Source: Leptolyngbyaceae cyanobacterium
GTDB lineage: Bacteria; Cyanobacteriota; Cyanobacteriia; Phormidesmidales; Phormidesmidaceae
Length of the DNA stretch: 64,000 bases
NCBI GenBank assembly: GCA_965263355.1
Contig: CBDHHL010000032.1
Span: 416,001 to 480,000 of the forward strand
Reading direction: 5' to 3'
A program made the translations under genes and the position numbers. Shown one piece after another: positions 50,889-60,730 of the stretch (position 1 is the stretch's first letter; each line of letters begins with the position of its first letter). The notes under the pieces were generated by a model. The model was not told the DNA's origin and did no database searches. It worked only from the letters and a program-made list of their open reading frames with translations.

Positions 50889-52464
50889 TCATTTTGTCTT
50901 CACGCTAATCTCACTGCGTAGCTCTTTGCGAAACTCTTGGGCCTTTGCACCATCTGGAATTTCTCTAGCTAACCGGTCAACAAACCTGGGCGGACTCAGG
51001 TCTGGATAGTCCGCCAGGGTATCTTCCACAATCATGCTGGCCATGGGACCAATACAATGAGCCAGGGCCTGACGACAGCGAGTAATCAGCTCAGGCGTTA
51101 ACCCTTGCTGACGTTGTTGCAGTACGGTGTTAATCTCAGGCATTGTGTCGCTGGCGGCCAATGCTTCATCTGGGATACAAATGTGGCTTAAAAAGACCGT
51201 GGCCTGATCGGCGTCGGATATTTGTCCTGCTAGAATTTCAACAATTTCCTGGGGAGTTGCATGGGGATTGTCCTCTAATGTTTCTTCGATTACCATGTCG
51301 GCAATGGGGCCGATGCAGCGGCTAAGTTCATCACGACATTGGGCAATATAAAGACGGATCGGGTCGAGAGACATCTGCCTGCTTGGGAAGAACTGCGGCT
51401 GCAGGAAGGGGCTGAATAGGGGTGAGAGTTTTATTAAAGTCTTTAGGCAGTAACGGTGTGAGCCGCTCGAACACCTCCTGGGCAGATTGAAATCTATCCA
51501 GGGGCTGTTGCCGAGTCATGGTGGCTATAATTTTCCCCAGCTTTGGATTAATCTTTGCATGGGGTGTCCAGTCCATGTCCAGGGTATGCGAGTCCATTAG
51601 ATCGCGGGGATGCTTGCCTGTGAGGAGGACCAGCGCTGTTACTCCAAGGGCATATAAATCACCAGAGGGGGCGCATTTGCCAAACATTTGTTCTGGCGGG
51701 GAATAGCCAAATTTGCCGACGGCGGTTAATGCCTTTTGTGGAGTTTCATTCTGGGTCACTATGTCTGATAAGGAGTCAGACATAGTGTTGTTGACCAGGC
51801 CAAAGTCGATTAGGACAGGGAGGTTGCGATCGCGAGAATACATCACATTCTCAGGTGAAATATCGCGATGCATAATGTTTAGACTATGCAAGTAATCCAA
51901 CACCCTTAGCATATGGGCTAACCAGACGATCACCTCAGCTTCAGTGAACACCTTAGACTGCTTTTTGCGCTGCTGGAGCAGTTTTAGGTAGGTGACTCCG
52001 TTAATGTATTCCTGCACGATAAACAACCGTTTCGCCTGGGTAAAACAGGCCATAAACTTAGGAATTTGCGGATGGTCAATGCTGTGGAGCGTCTTTGCTT
52101 CCCGCTGAAACAGTTCAATCGCTTTTTTTAAGAATTTGCTTTGTTTTTGAATCGGGCGTAGCTCCTTGAGGACACACAGTTCACCAAACCGCTGGGTGTC
52201 TTCCGCCAGATACGAAAAGCCAAATCCACCCTGTCCTAACATCCGTTTGATGGTATAGCGCCCTGCTACTTTAGTGCCCTCAGCTAGCACTGGCGTTGGT
52301 GTTTGGGAGGCCGTTTGAACAGACGGCTGCCAATGTTTTGTTTTTTGTGCGTCAGTTGTAGCAACAGATACGGACATGCGGGCACTAAAGCCAACCGCAT
52401 CAGTCACAACAATAGCGGCTAGAGCACGCTGTCCTCGGCTAGGGGTGGGAAGGTCGCTGGGCAT
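50889..52464 (-). pseudogene. Ser/Thr kinase with truncated adenylate-cyclase N-terminus and frameshifted C-terminal repeat domain
   Basis: LAAIVVTDAVGFS cyclase stub; intact kinase motifs HRDISPEN and DFG; one extra base near 51349 separates two C..L..CIGP repeats. Confidence 0.75.
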
Positions 52465-52957
52465 GGACGTAGGGGCGTTATAAAAACGTCACATTTTTGA
52501 ACAAATGAAATCAATGGTTAATGCCTTGTCTAAGGAGTCTACAAAGATGACATGAGACGGAGATGAACTGCCGTACGAAATATCATCAAGGGAACATCAC
52601 AACGCTATAACCTTCACGCAAAGGCTGGGCATTTTCCGATGAAATCCCCTGTGACGCCCTAGAAACCGTACATCCATACAAGTCAGTAAAAGTAACCAGA
52701 AAATTGGTTCCATGCGTAGGTCTTCAAGCTTGTACAGATTTGACAGTATAAGTTTCTATTTCAATTACAAAGCTTAATCACCCTGAATTGATAGATATCC
52801 GTAAATTTATGCTTATGGATAACCTGATGAGCAGTATCAAGGAAATGAGGGTTGATATCCAGTTAATTTGGACAAGGTTTAGCGATAGCATTTAAAAATT
52901 GACGTTTTTTAACCCCCTACTTTAGTGCAAACAGCAACCCCAAAGGGCACACAACCT

Positions 52958-53815
52958 ATGGACACACAGAACCTGAGCCGAATTATCGACACCGCCTGGG
53001 AAAACCGTAGTTCGATCAATTCCAGTACATCAGGCGAAACCCGTGATGCCATTGAATATGTAGTTAACGGTCTCGATAGTGGCCAGTATCGTATTTGTGA
53101 AAAATCAGGTGATGGCTGGAACGTCAACCAATGGCTAAAAAAGGCCGTACTGATGTCCTTTCGCCTGAATGACTCCACCGTTATTTCTAGCGGTTTAACC
53201 TATGCCGAAATGGGTGACGCTCCCTGGTTTGATAAAGTCCCTTCCAAGTTTTCCGGTTGGACCCAAGAGGACTATGCCCAAGCCGGTTTTCGTGCCGTAC
53301 CCAACTGCGTCGTCCGCCGGGGATCCTACGTTGCCAGTAACGTGGTGCTGATGCCCAGCTTTGTCAATATCGGCGCATACGTTGACAGTGGCACCATGGT
53401 AGACAGCTATGTCACTGTCGGCTCCTGTGCCCAAATTGGCAAAAACTGCCACCTATCTGCAGGGGTTGTCATTGGTGGTGTACTGGAGCCTATACAGGCC
53501 AACCCCGTCATCATTGAAGACAATGTCTTTGTCGGCGGCCAAAGCGAAGTTTCCGAGGGGGTCATTGTTAGAGAAGGAGCGGTGTTAGCCATTGGGGTGT
53601 ACCTAAGTCAGTCCACCAAGATTGTTAACCGCGACACAGGCGAGATTACCTATGGTGAGATTCCCCCATATTCTGTTGTTGTACCTGGAGCATTGCCTGG
53701 TAAGCCCCTAGCTGATGGGACCCCTGGCCCTAGCTTATATTGCAACGTAATTGTCAAGACTGTGGATGACAAGACCCGGTCAAAGACATCGCTCAACGAG
53801 TTGTTGCGAGATTAG
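52958..53815 (+). CDS. dapD: Tetrahydrodipicolinate N-succinyltransferase, proteobacterial type
   Basis: [47 protein letters not shown]. Confidence 0.93.
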   Translation: MDTQNLSRIIDTAWENRSSINSSTSGETRDAIEYVVNGLDSGQYRICEKSGDGWNVNQWLKKAVLMSFRLNDSTVISSGLTYAEMGDAPWFDKVPSKFSGWTQEDYAQAGFRAVPNCVVRRGSYVASNVVLMPSFVNIGAYVDSGTMVDSYVTVGSCAQIGKNCHLSAGVVIGGVLEPIQANPVIIEDNVFVGGQSEVSEGVIVREGAVLAIGVYLSQSTKIVNRDTGEITYGEIPPYSVVVPGALPGKPLADGTPGPSLYCNVIVKTVDDKTRSKTSLNELLRD

Positions 53816-53867
53816 GTTGAACCTGAAACAGTCTGTTTAGGAAAACTAATTTCTAACTAGTTCAATC

Positions 53868-53959
53868 TCCCCTCTCGGGCGGGGTGCCTAGAGGGCGGGG
53901 TGGGTTGGCCGATAGCGCTCAATTTCGAAACCCACCCCGAAGCCCCTCCCAGGAAGGGA
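53868..53959. repeat. GC-rich palindromic intergenic repeat (CCCCTC..GGGGTGGGTT type)
   Basis: CGGGGTGGGTT / AACCCACCCCG perfect arms with imperfect outer arms TCCCCTCTCGGG / CCCAGGAAGGGA. Confidence 0.75.
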
Positions 53960-53998
53960 TGAATTATCGCCTAATGCATTCACTTTAAAGTCTAAATA

Positions 53999-54898
53999 AT
54001 GTCTCTTTTCCCCTTCGACCAAAAGGACGGATATCTGTGGCTCAACGGTGAAACCGTTGTCTGGAAAGATGCCAAAATTCATCCCTTGACCCACGGTCTC
54101 CACTACGCCAGTAGCGTTTTTGAAGGCGTTCGCATCTATAATGGCAAACCATTTTTACTGGCTGACCATATCGAGCGACTGCACCAGTCCACCAAAATTT
54201 TGGGCTTTGAAATTCCCTATTCCACAGATGATATTATTGCCGCTACCCACGATCTGCTCGCTAAAGAGTCCATTGATGTAGGGTATATCCGCCACTTTTC
54301 CTGGCGTGGTAGCGAACGCCTGCGGATTTATGCACCAGACACGTCCACCTGTGTAGCCATTGCCGCCTGGGCGTTTCCCACAACGTTATTTAGCATTGAG
54401 ACCAAGAAACCTTTAAAGCTCACTAGCCAGATTTCCTGGCGTAAGCCTGATCCAGCGACAGCACCTACCGTCAGTAAAGCTGGCTGTCTATATCCTATCT
54501 GCTTTATGAGCAAGCATGAAGCAGTCCAGCAAGGGTTTGATGATGCTCTAATGCTGGACTATCGAGGGCTGATTGCCGAGTCTACCGCCTCCAATGTGTT
54601 TCTGATTATGGATGGAGCTGTGCATACACCGATTCCAGACTGTTTCCTTAACGGCATTACTCGTCAAACAATTCTTAAGCTGGCAAAACAGCTTGGTATT
54701 CCTACTGTTGAGCGCCATATTAAACCAGAGGAACTAGCGCAGGCCCAAGAGGTCTTTTTAACTGGGACAACCTGTGAAATTGAGTCGATTAGCCAGATTG
54801 ATCAGCAGACATTTGCACCGTTTGGCCCAGTGACCATGCGTTTAATTGGGGCCTATAGGGACTTTGTAATGGAGCAAACGGCGGCAGTCGGTTTGTAA
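53999..54898 (+). CDS. Fold-type IV PLP aminotransferase (IlvE-like, divergent)
   Basis: THGLHYASSVFEG, catalytic Lys in SKAGCLY, LNGITR, EVFLTGT. Confidence 0.9.
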   Translation: MSLFPFDQKDGYLWLNGETVVWKDAKIHPLTHGLHYASSVFEGVRIYNGKPFLLADHIERLHQSTKILGFEIPYSTDDIIAATHDLLAKESIDVGYIRHFSWRGSERLRIYAPDTSTCVAIAAWAFPTTLFSIETKKPLKLTSQISWRKPDPATAPTVSKAGCLYPICFMSKHEAVQQGFDDALMLDYRGLIAESTASNVFLIMDGAVHTPIPDCFLNGITRQTILKLAKQLGIPTVERHIKPEELAQAQEVFLTGTTCEIESISQIDQQTFAPFGPVTMRLIGAYRDFVMEQTAAVGL

Positions 54899-54942
54899 GG
54901 TTTGTACAATATCTAATCACTCTTCAAAAGAATTTCATTTCT

Positions 54943-56145
54943 ATGTCCGTTAGTACCGTCACTACCCCTATTTTCGATCCCGTAAACGTCACCCAAGAAC
55001 TTATCCGCTGTCCCAGTGTCACTCCCGACCGAGAAGGGGGCTTAGACGTGGTCCAACGTCACCTGGAATTGTTGGGCTTTACCTGTCACCGCATGACCTT
55101 CCACAATGAGCCAGGTAGTTATGAGGTAGACAACCTCTATGCTCGCCTGGGTACTGAGGGGCCAAATCTAGCCTTTGCGGGGCACACTGATGTAGTGCCT
55201 GAAGGTAATCGTGAGCGCTGGGGAGATATTGACCCCTACAAGGGAGAAATCCGAGACGGTATTTTGTGGGGGCGGGGGACTGTCGATATGAAAGCGGGTA
55301 TCGGCTGCTTTATTGCAGCTGTTTCATCGTGGCTGGCTAAGAACAAAGACAGCTTTGACAGCTTTAAAGGCTCGTTTAGTTTCATTATTACCGGCGATGA
55401 AGAACACGAGGCCATTAACGGGACCAAACCGGTAATGAGATGGTTAGAGGCACGAGGCGAGAAACTAGATGCCTGTGTTGTGGGTGAACCAACTAATCCT
55501 CTGGAAATGGGAGACTGTGTTCACATTGGCCGACGGGGTAGTATCAACACGTTTATTACGGTTAAGGGCAAGCAGGGACATGTGGCCTATCAGCGAAATG
55601 TGCTAAACCCGGTGCCTGCAGCAGTGGCGATGGTAGCTGCCCTGCAGAATCTAACGTTAGATCAGGGCAACGAATGGTTTGAACCGTCGAATCTGGAAAT
55701 GACCCAGTTTGAGACGGCCAAATGTGCGGAAAATGTGATTCCGGCTGAGGTGAAACTGCGGTTCAATATTCGCTTTAATGATGAACAAACGGGCGAAGGG
55801 TTACAACAGTTGATTTGTGAAACCGTTGACCCGATTGCCCGTGACCATGGCACCGAGTACGATATTCGCTTTCGAGTAAGTGGTGAAGCATTTCGTACCG
55901 ATCCACAAGATACTTTTGTAGCCTTGGTACAAGACGCTGTTGAAGAGATTGCTAACCGACGACCCAGGCTAAGCACAGAAGGCGGTATCACCGATGCCCG
56001 GTTTCTGGTTACCCACTGTGTGACTGTCGAGTATGGGCCGTTGGATAACACAATGCATCAGATTGGTGAGCATATTCCCATTGCCCATATTCATGAGCTG
56101 CACCAGGTGTACGAGCGAATTATCGACAAGTTTTTTGCCGATTAA
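54943..56145 (+). CDS. dapE: Succinyl-diaminopimelate desuccinylase
   Basis: GHTDVVP, DMK, GDEE, VGEP, GRRGS, GKQGHVAY, FNIRFN. Confidence 0.92.
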   Translation: MSVSTVTTPIFDPVNVTQELIRCPSVTPDREGGLDVVQRHLELLGFTCHRMTFHNEPGSYEVDNLYARLGTEGPNLAFAGHTDVVPEGNRERWGDIDPYKGEIRDGILWGRGTVDMKAGIGCFIAAVSSWLAKNKDSFDSFKGSFSFIITGDEEHEAINGTKPVMRWLEARGEKLDACVVGEPTNPLEMGDCVHIGRRGSINTFITVKGKQGHVAYQRNVLNPVPAAVAMVAALQNLTLDQGNEWFEPSNLEMTQFETAKCAENVIPAEVKLRFNIRFNDEQTGEGLQQLICETVDPIARDHGTEYDIRFRVSGEAFRTDPQDTFVALVQDAVEEIANRRPRLSTEGGITDARFLVTHCVTVEYGPLDNTMHQIGEHIPIAHIHELHQVYERIIDKFFAD

Positions 56146-56215
56146 TTTCTATGGGCACCTTTGGGGGATCAATGCAAAGCGGAACGATTTTCGCAAAAAT
56201 ATAGACTATCGGAGT

Positions 56216-56277
56216 ACTCTGCAAGAAGAACAAAGCTCTACGGAACACTCTGCGAGAAGGGCAAAGCTCTACGGAAT
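56216..56277. repeat. 31-nt imperfect tandem repeat
   Basis: ACTCTGCAAGAAGAACAAAGCTCTACGGAAC / ACTCTGCGAGAAGGGCAAAGCTCTACGGAAT. Confidence 0.75.
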
Positions 56278-56594
56278 GCGCGCCCTTTCTAAATTTCGAC
56301 TTTCGAATTCCGAATTCTGACCTGGTTGCCAGCAACTATCCTATGATAGAGAGCAGACTTATTTCCAATTGAGACAACGCTAATGACATTAGCAACGGCT
56401 CCCCAAATTCCCAAAGAAAATCGCCTACTTTTTAACAGCTGTTCTGTTCCTTCTTTGCTGGTACCCATAATATTCACCGACCTGGAAGCTTTATCAGAGT
56501 GAGATCTCACTAGCCAAAAGTCGCATTCTGTAAAGGCTATCCTGACTATTTCACAGTTCTGTTGAATACTTAGGGTATTGTCCAAACCGGAACT

Positions 56595-56930
56595 ATGCGA
56601 CTACTCATCCAACTCATTGGCTTAGCCCTGATGCTGCTAGGCATTTACTACTTAGGTAAGAATATATTCTTTACTACAAACGTTAGCCCCTATTTCTGGC
56701 GTGGCCTTGCAGCTGACGCGTCAATCTTCTTGCTGTGTGCAGGTATTTGTTTGCTGGTATTTATGCCGCTCGGCTTTATGAAACAGTTGGGCTGGATTTT
56801 TGTTGCTGGTGGAATTCTCTGCATTTTTATCAGCAGTCGCGCCATCCTCACTCCTACTAGCCTGTGGCAGTTTTTCGTTGCCACCTCATCTATGGCGTTT
56901 GGGTACCGGTTATTTGCGACTGGGCGCTAG
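56595..56930 (+). CDS. Hypothetical membrane protein
   Basis: Four hydrophobic segments; GIYYLGKNIFFTT, PTSLWQF. Confidence 0.75.
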   Translation: MRLLIQLIGLALMLLGIYYLGKNIFFTTNVSPYFWRGLAADASIFLLCAGICLLVFMPLGFMKQLGWIFVAGGILCIFISSRAILTPTSLWQFFVATSSMAFGYRLFATGR

Positions 56931-57048
56931 TTGTTGACTATTCCCTGACCTTTCCACAACCCTGGAAAATGTGAGCGATAGCGGTTGGTGGGAAGTGAGT
57001 TGGGGACTAGAAAGCTTCTAACAGAAAGCACAAAAATGGCCCCACCCC

Positions 57049-58422
57049 TTAGTTCAAGCTTACAAAAGTCTCCTTATACTTTTTTCCCTTAAATCTCATT
57101 TTTACGCCATTGGCTGGAGCTAGGGTAACACCTCGCCGTTTTGGAGCTTCAGGGGTTTTATCGGCCCACTCTAGCTGATAGCGTGATACCAGTGTCGCCA
57201 AGACCAGCTTCATCTCAAACTGGGCTAAGACTTCACCAATGCATCTGCGGATGCCGCCGCCAAAGGGTAAAAACTCATAGTTAGAAAACTGACGTTCTAA
57301 AAAACGTTCAGGTCTAAACGACTTGGAATCTGGGTATAGGTCAGGACGATGGTGGGTGAGATAAATCGCTCCATATAGTCGGGTACCTGGTTCCAGGTCA
57401 TAGTCCATCAATCGCATCGGTGAGGTTACCTCACGGGGAACCGTTAGCATGGCAATGGGATAAATCCGCAGGGTTTCATTACAGACAGCAGTGAGATAGG
57501 GCAGTTTTGTAATCTCCATCGGGTCAGGTGATGGCCCTAAACTGTTTAGTTCAGCGATTAGGGTTTGGTAAATCTTTGGCTCTGTATAAATCCAATAGAG
57601 TGCCCAAGAGATAGCACTGGCGGTTGTTTCGTGACCCGCTAACAACATGGTCAATAGCTCATCATGGAGTTCAGTATCGTCCATGGGCTGACCCGTTTCA
57701 TCCCGTGTTGCGATCAAAAGGCTGAGGATATCGGTCTTTGTGGTGGTGTCTTGGACACGTCGTTCACTAATCTCAGCCAGCAGTAACTCACTCACCTGGT
57801 GGCGTATATGCTGAAAATGTCCCCATGGACTACGGGGTCCCCAATCAAGGCGCAGGGCTGGAAAAAATAAGGCAGCAGATACCAGGATGTTTTGAAAACA
57901 GTCGGTAAATTCGACGATTAAGGCTTTGAGCAGCTCAAATCGGGGACCATCACTGAGACCAAAGACTACCTTGAGAATGACCTCTAGGGAAATCGTTTGG
58001 GTTAGCGATCGCGCCAAAAATACATCCCCAGGGGACAGGTTTTGCATCGCATTCTCAGTTAGCTCAAGAATTAACTGACCGTATTGGGGAATCTGTTCCC
58101 GATGAAATGGCGGCATCAATAATTTGCGTTCGCGCCGATGCCGGTTGCCCTCTAAGCAAAAGATGGAATAATCCCCAACAACCGGATTGAGCAGTGGATT
58201 CGGCGGAGCCTTAATATTCTCGCCAGAGAACATTTGTTGAATCCCTTTGGGATGACTGACAAACAAAACGGTGTCATAGTTGCCCATCACTGGCGCATTA
58301 AAAAGATCCCCATCTCGTTTAGCCCCCTGTTCAATATAGGCCAATGGATTAATCGTGTAGTGCAACACCTGTAACCAGCGGGGAGCTGTCGAAGCTTGAG
58401 GAATAGACAAATAAGACGCCAT
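57049..58422 (-). CDS. Cytochrome P450
   Basis: AGHETT, ETLR, PERF, FGGGIRRCIG heme motif. Confidence 0.96.
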   Translation of the reverse strand: MASYLSIPQASTAPRWLQVLHYTINPLAYIEQGAKRDGDLFNAPVMGNYDTVLFVSHPKGIQQMFSGENIKAPPNPLLNPVVGDYSIFCLEGNRHRRERKLLMPPFHREQIPQYGQLILELTENAMQNLSPGDVFLARSLTQTISLEVILKVVFGLSDGPRFELLKALIVEFTDCFQNILVSAALFFPALRLDWGPRSPWGHFQHIRHQVSELLLAEISERRVQDTTTKTDILSLLIATRDETGQPMDDTELHDELLTMLLAGHETTASAISWALYWIYTEPKIYQTLIAELNSLGPSPDPMEITKLPYLTAVCNETLRIYPIAMLTVPREVTSPMRLMDYDLEPGTRLYGAIYLTHHRPDLYPDSKSFRPERFLERQFSNYEFLPFGGGIRRCIGEVLAQFEMKLVLATLVSRYQLEWADKTPEAPKRRGVTLAPANGVKMRFKGKKYKETFVSLN

Positions 58423-58497
58423 AATGCAGGTTCAAACCACTCGCTAATACTTATGTTTAGTTGCTTGCGCTCGTAACATAGTATACCAGTATTAGTT

Positions 58498-59679
58498 TTA
58501 TGATTCCGATAAGCGCTTAACCTTGGCACCGGCCAGGCGTTTATGGATTTCAGCCAGGCGTTGGGGGATGACATCCTGGTGGGGACTGTGCTGTAGACAG
58601 CGGTTAAGGTCCAATGATTGTAGATTATCGGCCTGAGAGCCGGGAAACCAATGGCTAGCACCGCCTAGCAGGTTATAGCGGGCAGCGGCATATTCGGTCA
58701 TATCAAATGCATCCATTAGGTTGCCAAGCCACAGGATTATGGGGATATTTAAGTTGCCAGGGGTATTGTCTGGTTTGGGGAGACCCACATCCCAGGTTTT
58801 ATACCAGGTTTCGCCCAGGGTTGCGATCGCACTCTCTTCCAACCGTTTCAGAATCGGTGTTAGCACCTCATCCGCCTGATCGAGCAGAGGCAGTACGTTC
58901 ATATGCTCATCAAAGTCGCTTGGTTTAGCTGCCCCCAGGCTCAACGTATGCACCTGGCGATGACTCAAACAAAATAGGTCATTAAATACCATGGGGCTGA
59001 GCGGTGCGCACAAATCCACTAGCTTTTGGGGTGGGGCATACAGGTGACCGCCTTTATCCGAGGGGCTAATGATAAACACACCGATATCTTGTTGTTGGGC
59101 CGCTTCAATTGCAGGCCAGTTATTTTGAAAAATGTAGTACCAGTGTAGGTTCATGTAGTCGAACTGACCGGTATTCACCGTATCGACAATCACATCTGTG
59201 GGGCCATGGGTGGAAAAGCCCACGTAGCGCACTCGGCCCTGCTTTTGCAGGTCGCGTACCACATCCATACAGCCACCGGGACGCAGGGTCCAATCCAATA
59301 GCCCATGGGTGTTGATGCCATGGATACCCAGCAGATCCACATAGTCCATTTGTAGGTTTTTTATGGACTTATTGAAGGTGGCCAGAAATTCCTTGGGGTC
59401 TTCGCGGGGGGTGACTTTGGTTTGAACGATGATGCGATCGCGATCAAACGTTGGCAAAACCTTACCCAGCTGTATTTCAGATGTGCCATAACCACGGGCC
59501 GTTTCAATATGGTTGATACCCAGCTCAACCGCCCGTTTAATAGTAGCGTCTAAATTTTCCTGATTTTTAGCCGGAATTTGCCACTGCGGTATATCTTTCC
59601 AGGAGTGCTGGTACCGCATGCCACCGCAGGAAAATACCGGCATTTGTAATTCTGTGCGTCCAAATCGACGATATTGCAT
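58498..59679 (-). CDS. Aldo/keto reductase
   Basis: MQYRRFGRTEL, HIETARGYG, GFSTHG. Confidence 0.9.
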   Translation of the reverse strand: MQYRRFGRTELQMPVFSCGGMRYQHSWKDIPQWQIPAKNQENLDATIKRAVELGINHIETARGYGTSEIQLGKVLPTFDRDRIIVQTKVTPREDPKEFLATFNKSIKNLQMDYVDLLGIHGINTHGLLDWTLRPGGCMDVVRDLQKQGRVRYVGFSTHGPTDVIVDTVNTGQFDYMNLHWYYIFQNNWPAIEAAQQQDIGVFIISPSDKGGHLYAPPQKLVDLCAPLSPMVFNDLFCLSHRQVHTLSLGAAKPSDFDEHMNVLPLLDQADEVLTPILKRLEESAIATLGETWYKTWDVGLPKPDNTPGNLNIPIILWLGNLMDAFDMTEYAAARYNLLGGASHWFPGSQADNLQSLDLNRCLQHSPHQDVIPQRLAEIHKRLAGAKVKRLSES

Positions 59680-59768
59680 TCGCTGACTAAGAATGTATTT
59701 CTTGATTAGTATGCAAGATCTAAATCAATTCTGCTGTTGATGTAACGAATAACCTTGCAGGGCATAAC

Positions 59769-59794
59769 GGGCACCCACAAGGGGATGCCCCTAC
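59769..59794 (-). repeat. GTAG-type REP copy
   Basis: Reverse complement GTAGGGGCATCCCCTTGTGGGTGCCC nearly matches 50768-50793. Confidence 0.8.
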
Positions 59795-59846
59795 ATACCC
59801 CAATCATTTAATCGAAAATTGTTTGGGGTTAAAAATTCAAACCAAT

Positions 59847-60554
59847 CTACATGGTGCGAACCGACGCCTTGCCATCAATTACCTCACCAATCAACACTTC
59901 ATCGGCCAGACCAACAAACAACCCATTCTCCAAAACACCTGGAATGTTGTTAACGGTCTTCTCCATCTCAGTGGGGTTATCAATGCTAGTAAACTTGACA
60001 TCCAGCACCATATTCCCCTGATCCGTAATCACTGGACCATCCTTATTCACACCCATGCGTAACTCAGGTGTACCTCCTAACGCTTCTAACGCCCGCGTAA
60101 CCGGCGCGACTGCCATCGGCAAAACCTCCACTGGCAGCGCAAAGGTGGAACCCAGCTTGTCAACGAGCTTAGAGCTGTCAACAACAACCACAAAGCGCTC
60201 GGCCAGACCATCCACAACTTTCTCACGAGTGTGGGCTGCTCCACCCCCCTTGATCAAATTTTGCTGAGGATCTACCTCATCGGCCCCGTCAATGGCAATG
60301 TCGATGCGAGGGGCTTCATCTAGCGTGGTTAGTGGAATACCGTGCTTTTTAGCCAGTACTGATGCCTGGAATGACGTGGGAATACCAACGATGTCAGTAA
60401 TTTCGCCAGCGGCCAGACGTTCGCCAATAAACTGAATGGCAAACGCGGTGGTAGAACCCGTGCCCAGACCCACAATTGAGCCGGATTTTACCTGGGCAGC
60501 GGCGGCGCGACCCACTTCTTGCTTCATTAACTTAACCGGGTCCATATCTCCCAT
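59847..60554 (-). CDS. rpiA: Ribose-5-phosphate isomerase A
   Basis: GLGTGST, DGADEVD, IKGGGAA. Confidence 0.97.
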   Translation of the reverse strand: MGDMDPVKLMKQEVGRAAAAQVKSGSIVGLGTGSTTAFAIQFIGERLAAGEITDIVGIPTSFQASVLAKKHGIPLTTLDEAPRIDIAIDGADEVDPQQNLIKGGGAAHTREKVVDGLAERFVVVVDSSKLVDKLGSTFALPVEVLPMAVAPVTRALEALGGTPELRMGVNKDGPVITDQGNMVLDVKFTSIDNPTEMEKTVNNIPGVLENGLFVGLADEVLIGEVIDGKASVRTM

Positions 60555-60730
60555 GGGGTCGATAACTCCTGTAATTGTCTTAAAAGTAGCGTGCTAAACC
60601 GTGATCTAAACCAAGGTCTAAAGGACTAATGCAGTCAAAACGGACGTATTAATCATTCAATCAGCAACTACTAATCTTCGGTATCTAGCATGACGGAAAT
60701 TGGGTCGGCTGCATAGCCAGGAAATGAGTA

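Noticed and set aside
52465..52957. Lysine riboswitch upstream of dapD
   Set aside because: No recognisable L-box conserved elements by eye; an Rfam scan would be needed to exclude it
52900..56200. Absence of HIP1 sites as evidence of horizontal transfer
   Set aside because: None were noticed here, but at roughly one site per 2-3 kb a 3.3-kb gap is not informative
56289..56585. 98-aa minus-strand ORF, or a Uma2-like remnant on the plus strand
   Set aside because: No convincing motif; the Uma2 resemblance needs several frameshifts
57049..59679. P450 and aldo/keto reductase as tailoring genes of the dap cluster
   Set aside because: Opposite strand, separated by repeats and another gene, and both look like ordinary cyanobacterial genes
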